DNA of 63,583 nucleotides, filler included, from Octopus bimaculoides (Eukaryota): NCBI RefSeq assembly GCF_001194135.2. It is 4 parts of 4 records of this genome, joined end to end, with 100 filler letters (N's around TTAATTAATTAA, not from the genome) between each part and the next. Parts side by side here need not be neighbours in the genome. Positions count along the whole stretch, not along the records: positions 1 to 25,519 come from NC_068986.1; positions 25,620 to 49,950 come from NC_069001.1; 2 more parts are not named here. One strand, 5' to 3'. Shown piece by piece: positions 13,591 to 25,867 of this stretch (position 1 is its first letter; each line of letters starts with the position of its first letter). The notes under the pieces were generated by a model. It saw only the letters and a program-made list of their open reading frames with translations, ran no database searches and was not told where the DNA came from. The position numbers and the translations under genes were made by a program.

Positions 13591-14170
13591 TGTCAGTCCG
13601 TATTACGTATGTACCTACGTACCTAAGTACGTACGTACCTACCTATCTGCCTATTTTAGTTAGCACTCCTCGACAACGAGCGGAGCTGGGATGCTCATAG
13701 AGGGACTACAGCAAATTCCCAGCGAGAGGCCATGCGAAACCAGAGAGGTCGTTTACGAAGCTGAGGTGATATCTGACCTTTATTGTAGCACTAGCTTTCC
13801 CAACTATAACCACACTAACATGAATGCTAGCATTAACGACAACAGCTGAAACGGCAGCAGCAGCAGCAGCAGCAGTAGCAGCAGCATCGCTAATGATAAT
13901 GCTAATAATGATAACAACAATAACTGTGACAATAGCAGCAGCCACCACTAATTTAGCACCGATAACAGCTCCCACAGCAACGACGACGGCTATAAAATCA
14001 CCAACGCCGCCGCCCCCGCCATCTACGCCAGTATTGATGACGCCAGCACTAACATCAACACACCAACAATACCAGCGCAGGCAACAGCGGAGGTAATAGC
14101 TTCAACATCAAAAGAAACGCCATCACCAGCAGCAATATACGTAGATACAACGGATGTTCCGGAAACACCT
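12985..14170. repeat. Compound simple repeats (GTTT, GTAT, GT, CAG/AAC)
   Basis: Directly visible; in intron 2. Confidence 0.9.
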
Positions 14171-14309
14171 TCAAGCAGCGGTTGAGAAGGTGTTTCCCAG
14201 TGGTTAGGGTGCAAGCTTCTTACCACGCAGAGACGCCTGCGCCTTCATATATATACAGAGTGGTGCAAAATTAGGTAAACAGTTATGAAGAGAATATAAA
14301 GGAAATATT

Positions 14310-15400
14310 CTTGATGCCTTCTGATTCTGTCCCTAAGGACCCAACAATAATTCGCACTGTCTTCACCTTCTTCATTCTCCATAGCCGGGCTATTTCGTAC
14401 TTAAGAGTGTTCTATTTTTCTATGTTTTCACTTTCGTTCTTGACTATTTGTGTGTCAAAGGGGCACGCAACATCAACTTTATAGCACATGCGATACATCA
14501 TGTCTGCCACCACTAGGTCCGATGTGTTATGCTCTATCACCTAATCTGTTTGGAATAGGAAGTCCCAGAGTTCTATATTAGTCTCCGACTCTGCCACTAA
14601 ATGCGGTTTGTGCTCATACTACGTTTTGCCTCTCTCTAACCTCCACTTTTCGTACGGTTTCCAATGTAACAGGTTCGCTACCTGATCGTGTCGTCATAAC
14701 TTGTAGCGTTTTAGCGCATTCATTCGTGATATGGGCAACGGTTTCATCCACTGTGTTACATATGCGGCACAGCGGGGACATTTGCTCATTCCTAAGGCTG
14801 ACCCTCCAGTTCGTAGCCAAAACGTGGCCCTGCGCTGCCCGTATAGTGCTCTCAGTCACTTTTTTTAGTGTTCCTTTCTTCAGTCGATACCACATAGTCT
14901 TTCCAGCTACTTCTGTTGGGGATACATGGAATTGATTGTGCAGTCCCTTCTTGCGTAATTCTTCCACATGTCCTTCTCGTACTTCTATTGCTTTTCCTTT
15001 TACCTCTGCTTTCAATACTGTCTCGTTCCTAATTGTCACTAACAAAGTTTCTTTATTTTGTGCTAGGTATCTTATTAAGCTGTCGAGTTCGTTACTTCCG
15101 CAGTCTTCCACACTTAATAGTCTTCTTCCTGTATTTGCTTTCTTCGTGTATACGTGATCAGCGTCTAGGCATGGATGATGGGCTCCATGCATCGTTAGGA
15201 GATTTCTTGATTTTCAGTCCGTTTCCTTTAGCTCCTCCTCTGTCCACTTCAGGATTCCAGCGCCATAAAGAACTACTGCGACTGCGCGCGAGTTCATTCC
15301 TGAAATCATGTTTGTCGTATTCAGCTTTGAACCCCATATTTTTCTCACTCACCGCAGATATTATCTTTTTGTCTTTTCCTCCATTTCGTTGTGTTCAATT
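14310..15400 (-). mobile_element. R4/Dong-like LINE 3' part (CCHC knuckle and restriction-like endonuclease)
   Basis: CRICNTVDETVAHITNEC knuckle; LWDFLFQTD*VIEHNTSDLVV...KVDVACPFD (PD..D REL region); stops. Confidence 0.85.
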
Positions 15401-15444
15401 CCATCTGTTTCAAGTATTCCCAAGTATTTATAGCTGGATTATTA

Positions 15445-15540
<96 letters not shown>

Positions 15541-15982
15541 TTGATGATGATGTTGTTATTATCACCATTATTATTATTATTATTATTATTAGGTTTGTTT
15601 TTTATTGTTCCCGTTTAGAAGCTAGCAAACAACACCTATACAAAAGCCTGAATACCGGACTTTCTTCTACAAATACTTTTGGTTTGCCTAAACCACGCCC
15701 TTGGGTAGGAGAAACCTTTGTAGAAGACCCTATCTGTTCTTTAAACTGGTGTCAATATACTCCTCACACGTATTTGTTTCATTAAAAGAGAAATGGGAAA
15801 AGAGGGAAATGATCAGCCTGAATTTCATATATCAATTGGAAGGATGAAGGCGATATGATTTAAATTGGATATTATGAGAACCAACTTTGCCATTTCCTAG
15901 TTTATATCAAATCTACCTTAGAAAACACCATTATATAATTTTTCTTAGTTGATATTTTTTAAATATATGTATTTTTATTCAG

Positions 15983-16120
15983 AGTGTATAGGATGTATGG
16001 TGGATGGTAAATGCCGCGAATCCAAAGAGTCATGGACAGAAAGGAAGGGAGATACGTGTGCCACGAAACTGTGTCAACCTAAGGTTAACCAAACATGGAG
16101 AGTATTTACAAAAAAAGTGT
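15983..16120 (+). CDS. Cys-rich secreted protein, coding exon 2 (ECIGCMVDGKCRESKESWTERKGDTCATKLCQPKVNQTWRVFTKKV)
   Basis: Acceptor TTTTTATTCAG, donor T|GTAAGT, 138 nt, phase 1-1, open frame with 5 Cys. Confidence 0.9.
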
Positions 16121-17186
16121 GTAAGTTGACAAAGATAATTTTTGTTTCCTCTCTTCACTACATGTTTTAAAACAGCATGATACCAATAAACGTTTGTATT
16201 TGCATTCTTTTAAATGTTACAGGCCTTGTTGGGTAAGAGTTCATTACTGACCATCTACCAGAGTTAACTGTGAGACTCCAACACACAGACGGTTATATCA
16301 ACCCCAGATTCTTGGTTTATTTAATTCGATTGACGAAAGGTAACGTCCAACACAGATGGCTTTGAGCTTAGTGCGTAAGGAAAGTTAGCTAACTACTACA
16401 AAGCATTTTGGCAGGCGCACTAACCACTCTGGTGAGTTGGTAGACTATTTAGCAGGTCGAACAAAATGTTTAGCTGCATTTCGTCCGGATCTTTTGATTC
16501 TGAATTTAAATCTCGTTAAATTCAATTTTGTTTTTCATCCCTTAGGCGTCGAAATTTAAGTTGCCAGTCAAATAACAAAGTCGATGAAATTTACTAGTTG
16601 CGTCTCCTTAAAAATTGCTGACATTAAAACCTTTGGCGGATAGATCCCCCGTTCACGGAGAACTTGGTTTACTTAAACGCCATGGAAGCTGGGTAACCAG
16701 TATTATGAATCCTGGGGTTAAAAACGAATAAATAAACGATTCCCATAGGAGTTTCATCCGTAATGTAGCAATCATATCAGTATGAAAATCCTCGGCGGCT
16801 AAAACATTTTTGCTGCAACTCGATAACATCACAATGCTAAATTTAATCCATTTTCAGGAGAGTTGGCAACTAATTACTTTTCAAGTCTTTTTTGAACGAC
16901 CAGATGTCAGTTCATTTGTGAAGAAGACCCAAAAAACAATGGCGTTAGTAATACAAAGAGTTAAAAGTTAAAGCATGATACATTTTACAGCTCCAGTATC
17001 ATTCTAAAACTTCTCGGCCCATCATTGTATATGTACATATCTCGAAATTTAAAGTTTGTTTTCACATACCTAAAATTAATTTTATAATATGAAAATTTAA
17101 ATTAGTGACTTAAAAAATTAATGGCCTGCTTATATCTCAGAAATGTCATCTCCGTATGTATATATATATAATATACACATATATAT

Positions 17187-17266
<80 letters not shown>

Positions 17267-17273
17267 GTCTATA

Positions 17274-17507
17274 CAGTTCTATATTTAAGAGATGAGGAAT
17301 TACGTACATTATTTACATTATTTACATTCGACGGGTATTTGTCCAGGGGCATATGGCGTAGTGGTTAAGAGCGCGGGCTACTAACCCCAAGATTCCGAGT
17401 TCGATTCCAAGCAGTGACCTGAAGAAGGCTGGAGCGTATATCAGCCGAAACGTTGTGTTAACAATAAACAAGATGAGGACAAATATCCGTGGCATGTAAA
17501 TGACGTA
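17274..17507 (+). mobile_element. tRNA-headed, hammerhead-bearing repeat with an inverted tail copy at its 5' side
   Basis: Head 17346-17418 (TGGCGTAGTGG A-box, GAGTTCGATTCC B-box); CTGAAGA-A-GGCTG..CAGCC-GAAACGTT 17419-17454; 17274-17344 is the reverse complement of the element tail. Confidence 0.75.
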
Positions 17508-17538
17508 TATATATATTGTGTTTTCTTATCAACAACAG

Positions 17539-17681
17539 CGTGTCTGAAAGAAGATGGCAAGTGTGTTGGGAAAGGTACAACTTGGACGACCATGAAAGGC
17601 GGAAAATGCTGGACTCATGAATGCATAATTTCACCACTTAACAAAGTTACAATTTCATCAAAAGTAGGAGGAAAGTGTTAA
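17539..17681 (+). CDS. Cys-rich secreted protein, coding exon 3 (SCLKEDGKCVGKGTTWTTMKGGKCWTHECIISPLNKVTISSKVGGKC*)
   Basis: Acceptor TTTTCTTATCAACAACAG, phase 1; same C..DGKC-x6-WT-x6-C-x4-C spacing as exon 2; TAA 17679-17681; donor GTAAGT at 17687. Confidence 0.88.
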
Positions 17682-18701
17682 GAAAAGTAAGTATATATTT
17701 TAAGCTATTTAATTTAGCTTCTATACATTTTCTCCATATCACTGTATATATTATATATATATATATNNNNNNNNNNNNNNNNNNNNNNNNNNNNNNNNNN
17801 NNNNNNNNNNNNNNNNNNNNNNNNNNNNNNNNNNNNNNNNNNNNNNNNNNNNNNNNNNNNNNNNNNNNNNNNNNNNNNNNNNNNNNNNNNNNNNNNNNNN
17901 NNNNNNNNNNNNNNNNNNNNNNNNNNNNNNNNNNNNNNNNNNNNNNNNNNNNNNNNNNNNNNNNNNNNNNNNNNNNNNNNNNNNNNNNNNNNNNNNNNNN
18001 NNTATATATATATATATATATATTCATCGTTTATTCTTATTAACCTATATAATAATATAATTAGAGATAGGAACTACAGTCTTTTATACTCCTTCATCAT
18101 GATCGATGCTATGAAATGTGGCCGACTCAGCAGAGGTGTAGCTGTGGCATCAAGGGTCGGAGTTGAAGTTGTTCTTATAGATGAGGGACTACAATTTGCA
18201 ACCTTAAGGGAGCCTTGATTTTGTTTATGTATGAAAATGTAAATTAGCAGCAGTATGTCATAGAGAAGCAAAGAGAAGAATAGTGATGCCTTTTTTCTCG
18301 ACTTGACATAATTAAGAAAGTCATTAGGACTATGTTGACTTTTAATAAGCTCATTACTTTGCTCCCATGCAACTCTATGATATGTAGACGTGAGTTAACT
18401 CCATCGCTCTGAATGCCTCAAATGACTTGAAAGATGGATGTTATTTTACAATTATAACGGCTGTTTTATTATATACCTAAATTTGACAGCAACGTAAGTA
18501 ATATCAACAAATAATGAATGGGAAATTTAATACTGAAAATAAGAGTATCTGGCAACCGGATTGGGTTGCAGCGGCGTATACTTTTCAAGTATGACAATGT
18601 TCATATTGTGACAGTGATGTATGTGACTTTCTATAAAAACGGACAATAATTACACAGCGTCATTGCAAACTTGCATTTGTTTAAATTTTAATGAAGCAAT
18701 T

Positions 18702-20024
18702 ATGTCAAAAAAGACCAAGAGTACGATGCAGGGAGAAAACAGGGGTTTTAATGAGAATTGGGAGCTGCAGTAATACTTTATGCCTTTGAAATATAAAATT
18801 ATTTGTTTGCTCTGTATTCCTGTGATAATGACATTAAAGTTGTTCAACGTTTATCAACACTATACGACTCATAAAACTAATAAATATTACAAATTAGAGG
18901 GGGAGGCGCGGAGGTTTACTCTATAATAATAGAAACAAATGAGAACAAAAGCAAAGGCAAATATTTCAGATTGTAGAGAAATCTGCAAATTATGTCACAG
19001 AAGCAGATTATAAACTTGCTAATATACTGGGGTAAAAAAAAAAATAAGCGGTTCAGCGATGTGGAAATTGTGACAGAGTGTATTGTTGAAATTGTGGGAT
19101 GTTTAGACTCAGGGTTTCGAACTATAAGTGATTACCTCTTTCAAAGAGAACCATAACTGATTGGCAGTATGAATTATCCCTCGATGTAACAGAACAACTT
19201 CACATTATACTTCAAAATGAAAATTCATATTATACAATCGCTCTGGATGAATCAACTGATACTGCTGACACGGCACATGTTTCATATTTCATTCGTGCCA
19301 TAACAGAAGATTTTATTCAGTACGAAGAATTACTGGCTTTGGGCACTCATACGGGTGGAACACGAGGAATAAATATCTTCATAAACTTTCAAAATGAATG
19401 TCGAGAATTTGAGTTGAATTTGGATAATTCAGTTAGTGTATGTACAGACGGTGCTACTTCCATGATTGGAAAACATGAAGGATTTATTGCCCAGATAAAA
19501 AAAAATATATAATCCAGATGTTCTCATTCCTTTTCATTGTATATTACACCAGCAAAACACTTTGTGATGAATCAACAATTTTAAGCGATGCTCTGTAGAA
19601 AATGATAAATATATTTAACTGTATTCGTGCCAATGCAACTAGACATCGTTAGTTTTGTAACATGCTATGATTGGACAATTAGGTATTGAGTGTCGATTTG
19701 ATGTGTCATTCTAAAGTGCGTTAGTTATCGCAAGCACAGGTGTGAGAAATGTTTTAACTTTAACCTGGCAGATAATAAAATTTTATGAAGAACGGAATGA
19801 ACATTGTGAATTATTAGATGAATATTTCAATAGAAATATTGATTTCCTTTGTGATATCATGACAAACAAAATAACCTGAATTGGTAGCGTAAAAGAAAAT
19901 CAGTTTATGACATGTGGCAAAAAATTGAAGCATTTCTTTTTGAAAGATTCTCTCGTTTAAAATGAAATTTCAACTGTACACTTTCCCCAGTTAGCTAAAG
20001 TCATTTATGACCATGAGGATTCGT
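18702..20024 (+). mobile_element. Decayed hAT transposase (SPIN/GTF2IRD2-like)
   Basis: ENRGFNENW..YF..ICLLC..HY, IALDESTD, VCTDGATSMIG, FHCILHQQ; many stops; runs into a gap. Confidence 0.85.
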
Positions 20025-20943
20025 NNNNNNNNNNNNNNNNNNNNNNNNNNNNNNNNNNNNNNNNNNNNNNNNNNNNNNNNNNNNNNNNNNNNNNNNNNNN
20101 NNNNNNNNNNNNNNNNNNNNNNNNNNNNNNNNNNNNNNNNNNNNNNNNNNNNNNNNNNNNNNNNNNNNNNNNNNNNNNNNNNNNNNNNNNNNNNNNNNNN
20201 NNNNNNNNNNNNNNNNNNNNNNNNNNNNNNNNNNNNNNNNNNNNNNNNNNNNNNNNNNNNNNNNNNNNNNNNNNNNNNNNNNNNNNNNNNNNNNNNNNNN
20301 NNNNNNNNNNNNNNNNNNNNNNNNNNNNNNNNNNNNNNNNNNNNNNNNNNNNNNNNNNNNNNNNNNNNNNNNNNNNNNNNNNNNNNNNNNNNNNNNNNNN
20401 NNNNNNNNNNNNNNNNNNNNNNNNNNNNNNNNNNNNNNNNNNNNNNNNNNNNNNNNNNNNNNNNNNNNNNNNNNNNNNNNNNNNNNNNNNNNNNNNNNNN
20501 NNNNNNNNNNNNNNNNNNNNNNNNNNNNNNNNNNNNNNNNNNNNNNNNNNNNNNNNNNNNNNNNNNNNNNNNNNNNNNNNNNNNNNNNNNNNNNNNNNNN
20601 NNNNNNNNNNNNNNNNNNNNNNNNNNNNNNNNNNNNNNNNNNNNNNNNNNNNNNNNNNNNNNNNNNNNNNNNNNNNNNNNNNNNNNNNNNNNNNNNNNNN
20701 NNNNNNNNNNNNNNNNNNNNNNNNNNNNNNNNNNNNNNNNNNNNNNNNNNNNNNNNNNNNNNNNNNNNNNNNNNNNNNNNNNNNNNNNNNNNNNNNNNNN
20801 NNNNNNNNNNNNNNNNNNNNNNNNNNNNNNNNNNNNNNNNNNNNNNNNNNNNNNNNNNNNNNNNNNNNNNNNNNNNNNNNNNNNNNNNNNNNNNNNNNNN
20901 NNNNNNNNNNNNNNNNNNNNNNNNNNNNNNNNNNNNNNNNNNN

Positions 20944-21014
<71 letters not shown>

Positions 21015-21264
21015 GTGTGTGTAAGTGTATTGTTGTATGTATGTATGTATGTATGTATGCATGTATGTATAGATTTGTATGTTTTATGTATGTATTTTCA
21101 TGTATGTAGTTGCTTATATAGACATGCTCGTATATATTTAAATGATAAACTTCTGGAAAGTTTTACAAATGTTTACAGCTCCAGTGATGGAAGATTGGTA
21201 ATTAAGTATTGCGTTACATATCCCAGGGCCCCCAAAATTACAAGTATAAACATGAACTTGTAAT

Positions 21265-22570
21265 CTGGATAGAGCAACCGGAGATGTCTCAATAGTTTAG
21301 CATAGGTATTTCACTGATCTTCAGCTTTATGCTAACATCCGCTGAGCACCTAGTTCCCACAACTGTGAGAAGTGACTCTCCTCTATCCCAAATCATTATA
21401 TTAAGTCTTTTGTGCTTACATTTTATTGAGTTTTTCACTGGTACATTCCACCAGTATTCCTTTTTATTATGAATGCCTAAGGCGTCTACCATATTGCGGG
21501 CTCTGGTTTGTTTGTCCTCTAGATTATCCTCCCGACAGATTTCCTTATGGAATGTCCTAGCTACATCACCATGTCTCATTGGTAGATAACACCGTGATGA
21601 CATTTTTGGGCAATTGCTTATGTATGAACTCCACAAATCTGCATCGGTTGTCACATTTTGCTGTTTTTCATGCATCTCTATCCCTTTTTAGCTTCACGTG
21701 CTTCGTTGATATTTTCTGTTCCTGGATTGCAAATGTATACCCTTCAATGTGGAAGATAGTAATCTGGCTATTGGTCCATGATAAACTGTTTTGATGATCG
21801 ATGTTACTACCATCACGGAGCCGTCTACTAACATATCCATGCAGTCTTCTCATATAGGCTCATCCTTTCATTTCTTGATACGTTGCGGTAGAGTCATGCG
21901 ACGTCCTTGTGCTTGTATTCTACATTACCAGACAAAGAGCGCTGCTCAAGGAGCTGCCTTCCAAGTCTTATGGTGTTATCAGCCTGATGTTTGCAAACTT
22001 TGTCAATGGATGTACTTCGACAATTGGTGACTAAAAATCTTGCCGAAGGGAATCAGTGAAATATCCTTGTGAATCAGTGAGATATCCTTGTGAATCAGTG
22101 AGATATCCTTGTGAATCAGAGAGATATCAGTGAGATATCCTTGTGAATCAGTGAGATATCCTTGTGAATCAGTGAGATATCCTTGTGAATCAGAGAGATA
22201 TCAGTGAGATATCCTTGTGAATCAGTGAGATATCCTTGTGAATCAGTGAGATATCCTTGTGAATCAGTGAGATATCCTTGTGAATCAGTGCGATATCCTT
22301 GTGAATCAGAGAGATATCAGTGAGATATCCTTGTGAATCAGTGAGATATCCTTGTGAATCAGTGAGATATCCATCCTTAACATGAATGACAATGGGTTTA
22401 CAGAAAGTATAAAAAAACATCACAGAGAAGCTGTCCCTTTGGAATACGCCTTTGCGATACCGTATTCTATTGGTGATAATACAGTCACTCTTTTTGTTTA
22501 AGTTCAAGATGGTGGCCCACGATGAAGTCAGGTCAGCTATGGCTTTGTTTATTCTCACTGGAACTTTAGC
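21265..22570 (-). mobile_element. R4/Dong-like LINE (RT to REL), degenerate
   Basis: RKGVFQRDSFSVMFF, FAIQEQKI, CPKMSSRCYLPMRHGDVAR, IMIWDR; frameshifts. Confidence 0.8.
22050..22372. repeat. 21-bp minisatellite (GAATCAGTGAGATATCCTTGT) with 32-bp variant units, inside the LINE
   Basis: 14 units counted, order S S S L S S L S S S S L S S. Confidence 0.95.
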
Positions 22571-23039
22571 AAGGTGAAGGTTTTCTAGCATCCATGAATG
22601 GGAAACAGAATCAAAGCATTATGTATGTATGTATGTATGTATGTATGTATGTATGTATGTATGTATGTATGTACGTACGTATGTATGTATGTATGTATGT
22701 ATGTATGTATGCTTATGCCTATTTTGTTTATGGCTTGTATAAATGTTTGTATATTGAATTACATACGTATACAGTAGTCAAAGTGATTATGTTAATGTAT
22801 TTGTCTATATTTTAATATATATACTTCGTGTTGTCAGCGAAATTACACTGCATTTCAACAGCTGGCAATTCAATTCATCGACGTTATCATAACTATATCG
22901 TTTAATGACTATAAATTTGTAAAGACTTAAATTCTGTTGCAGTAAAATAGATAATTAACAGCGCTAGCCAAATTTTATTTGGTAATATTTGTTTTCGCTA
23001 TATATAAATAATTATTTTATATAATTTTTATTTTTATAG

Positions 23040-23204
23040 AATGTGAGACTGACCAATCTAGAACCGAAAACGAAATCGCAACCAATACCAAAATCAATTT
23101 GCAATAAACCGATGAAGAAGGAGATAATAATTATACCGAGCCAAACTTTAATATTTCTCTCTTATAATCCTCACAGAAACACGTGTAATAAATAATGCAA
23201 TAAA
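23040..23204 (+). other. Probable terminal exon (3' UTR, or coding ECETDQSRTENEIATNTKINLQ* in the alternative model)
   Basis: Acceptor TTTTTATTTTTATAG (23039); AATAAA at 23103, 23187 and 23199; starts AA-TGT like exons 2 and 3. Confidence 0.6.
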
Positions 23205-24899
23205 CTCATTTCAGACCAACTGTGCTATTTCTTTGTCTTTGGCTTTTCCTATGGATACACTGTGATCTTTATGATTGTTAGAAACCATTAGAAGGAATGT
23301 CTGATTCAAAGGCAACATTTACTTTTCGTTTTGCCGATCATTCATCTAANNNNNNNNNNNNNNNNNNNNNNNNNNNNNNNNNNNNNNNNNNNNNNNNNNN
23401 NNNNNNNNNNNNNNNNNNNNNNNNNNNGAAATCGCAACCAATACCAAAATCAATTTGCAATAAACCGATGAAGAAGGAGATAATAATTATACCGAGCCAA
23501 ACTTTAATATTTCTCTCTTATAATCCTCACAGAAACACGTGTAATAAATAATGCAATAAACTCATTTCAGACCAACTGTGCTATTTCTTTGTCTTTGGCT
23601 TTTCCTATGGATACACTGTGATCTTTATGATTGTTAGAAACCATTAGAAGGAATGTCTGATTCAAAGGCAACATTTACTTTTCGTTTTGCCGATCATTCA
23701 TCTAACACACATTTACCTCCAGAAAGAACAGGAAAATATTTTCTCCCCAAACCTATAGTCATTTGAGTTTCAAATTTCTTTCCTCGTGTTTTTATCAAGC
23801 GCCCCTTTTTGTGAGAGCCTTTCCGTGTACCTCATTAAGCACTAGGACCCTTCTGACCAATTAGATCTTATCACCACACTACTTCTTCCAAGCAATACAG
23901 TAACGCACAAACCCTGCAAACCAACACATCTTCACAACAATCATTTACACTCATGCATACGCATACAGCCCCTCCTCCACCTTATTACCACTTAACACCT
24001 CTAAACACACCAACACGTCTACACATACATAATGTCTTACACTATCACGCTAAGACGTATATACCGAAACATGCCTGCTCTCTGTCGATGGACATCCATC
24101 CGTAAAACACGCAAAGTCTTGCAATTATGCTCTAATTTTAAAGCACATATAAACGGTTAGCTGTGCTAGAATGCACGCCTCCCTTACATATCCGTCATTT
24201 CCATTGCACTTCACAGCTGTCCTTAACCACTTCATACGTGATTCCATAATTGCTCAAAGCAACAGTCAATCCTTCTCACTGTCCCTTCAAGTTAGTTATA
24301 AAAGCACAGACACACTCTCACTGATATGCAAACACACTCACACACGCTGTCGTTTCGCTCGACAATATCTTCCCTCCTTAACTTACAAAAGCGCAGGAAG
24401 TGCCTGCAAAACTATTCATACNNNNNNNNNNTATATGTATATATACGAGCAGCAATACTCATCGTTGATCGGGTAATTACTTTTACACTTTTGCGGGAGC
24501 CACATTCAAAGTGTTATTATATAGAGAGATTAACTACTCTTGTATGTGTGAATTTTATAAGAAACAAACATGTAATAATTGAAGTAGAAAAAGGATGAAT
24601 TTCATACACGAATTTCTGTTTGTTTATTATATGACAATAATAAGTGAGTTGTATAAGTGAGTGTTTTATATATCAATATAGTAATGCTAATTATATGATA
24701 GGCAAGGCTTTTGTCGTCACGGAGCTGTAATGAAAGAGAATTGCCTAAAGTGCCGCAGAGTGGAACTGAACACAAAGCAACAACACAGATACAGCTATAA
24801 AGGAAAGGTATATGTTGGATAATATACTTAACATTGAGACAATATTCTTAACAAAAAGATGGGATGTTTACGGCGAGAATACCTTTGATTTTAATATTT

Positions 24900-25330
24900 A
24901 TTTTCTCTACGAGCCATAAAAGTCTATAATTGTCAGCGAGTATTTTATAAAATGTCGTTATTACCCGATTCAGGTTTGGGACTGAGATATATCATCACCA
25001 GCTGTTCACAAATACTGGAGATGTTATATTCGTTATAGATGCGCATCGTTTTCGCATTCGTCATTCTTTCAAATTTCTTCACAGCTATTTCCTTTTGGTA
25101 TACGTAAGTGAACTTCTAAAAATATTTTTTTATTTTTATGGAAATTGAATAAAATGTCTACATGATCGTCTTGCATTATAACAGCTGAATTTGTTCGTCA
25201 GTGTCTCCTTATAATTCATGAAAAACGCGTCTGATATAAAGTTACTGGCAGTATGTTGACTTGATTTTTTGGCAAAGAGCAGATTATGTAAGGTCTATAT
25301 TTTGACTAATTGCATTTCTCTGATTCTGTA
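24900..25330 (+). promoter_or_regulatory. Paralogous promoter, first exon and intron start of the Cys-rich gene
   Basis: Collinear with ~10975-11420 (GCATCGTTTTCGCATTCGTCATTCTTTCAA identical); TATAGA 25034, Inr 25061, donor GTAAGT 25104. Confidence 0.8.
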
Positions 25331-25371
25331 TGAGAATATATATATGTGCGTTTCTATCTATCTATCAATTC

Positions 25372-25423
<52 letters not shown>

Positions 25424-25424
25424 G

Positions 25425-25456
<32 letters not shown>

Positions 25457-25519
25457 CCTATCTATCTATCTATCTATTTATCTACCTAACTTTCTATATC
25501 TATATATATATGTGTATGT

Positions 25520-25619
25520 NNNNNNNNNNNNNNNNNNNNNNNNNNNNNNNNNNNNNNNNNNNNTTAATTAATTAANNNNNNNNNNNNNNNNNNNNNNNNN
25601 NNNNNNNNNNNNNNNNNNN
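25520..25619. other. Unsized scaffold-join spacer (N44-TTAATTAATTAA-N44)
   Basis: Identical 100-nt structure at 49951-50050 and 62051-62150. Confidence 0.9.
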
Positions 25620-25867
25620 TATATATATATATATATATGAGCTTCTTTCAGTTTCCTTCTACCAAATACATTCAGAAGGCAATAGAGGCCAAAAGAGAAG
25701 ACATTTGCCCAAAATAGCACACAATGGGACTGAACCTAAAACCATATGGTTGGGAAGTAAACTTCTTACCACACAGCCAAACCTGCAGCCATGCCACTCA
25801 GTGACACCTCATTTATTCATTAAACTCCTTAAATGATAGCAAAAGATTATTATTATTATTATTATTA

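Noticed and set aside
17346-17418. tRNA-like sequence with ACT anticodon loop
   Set aside because: Acceptor and T stems do not pair; it is a SINE-type head with a second copy near 35.7 kb.
23072-23702. Exact ~275-bp tandem duplicate of the terminal exon region around a gap
   Set aside because: Identical copies flanking an N run indicate unmerged contig overlap; the same pattern occurs at 62334-62420 and 62829-62898.
25564-25575. TTAATTAATTAA palindrome recurring at 25564, 49995 and 62095
   Set aside because: Always centred in N44..N44; an artificial all-frame-stop scaffolding spacer, not biology.
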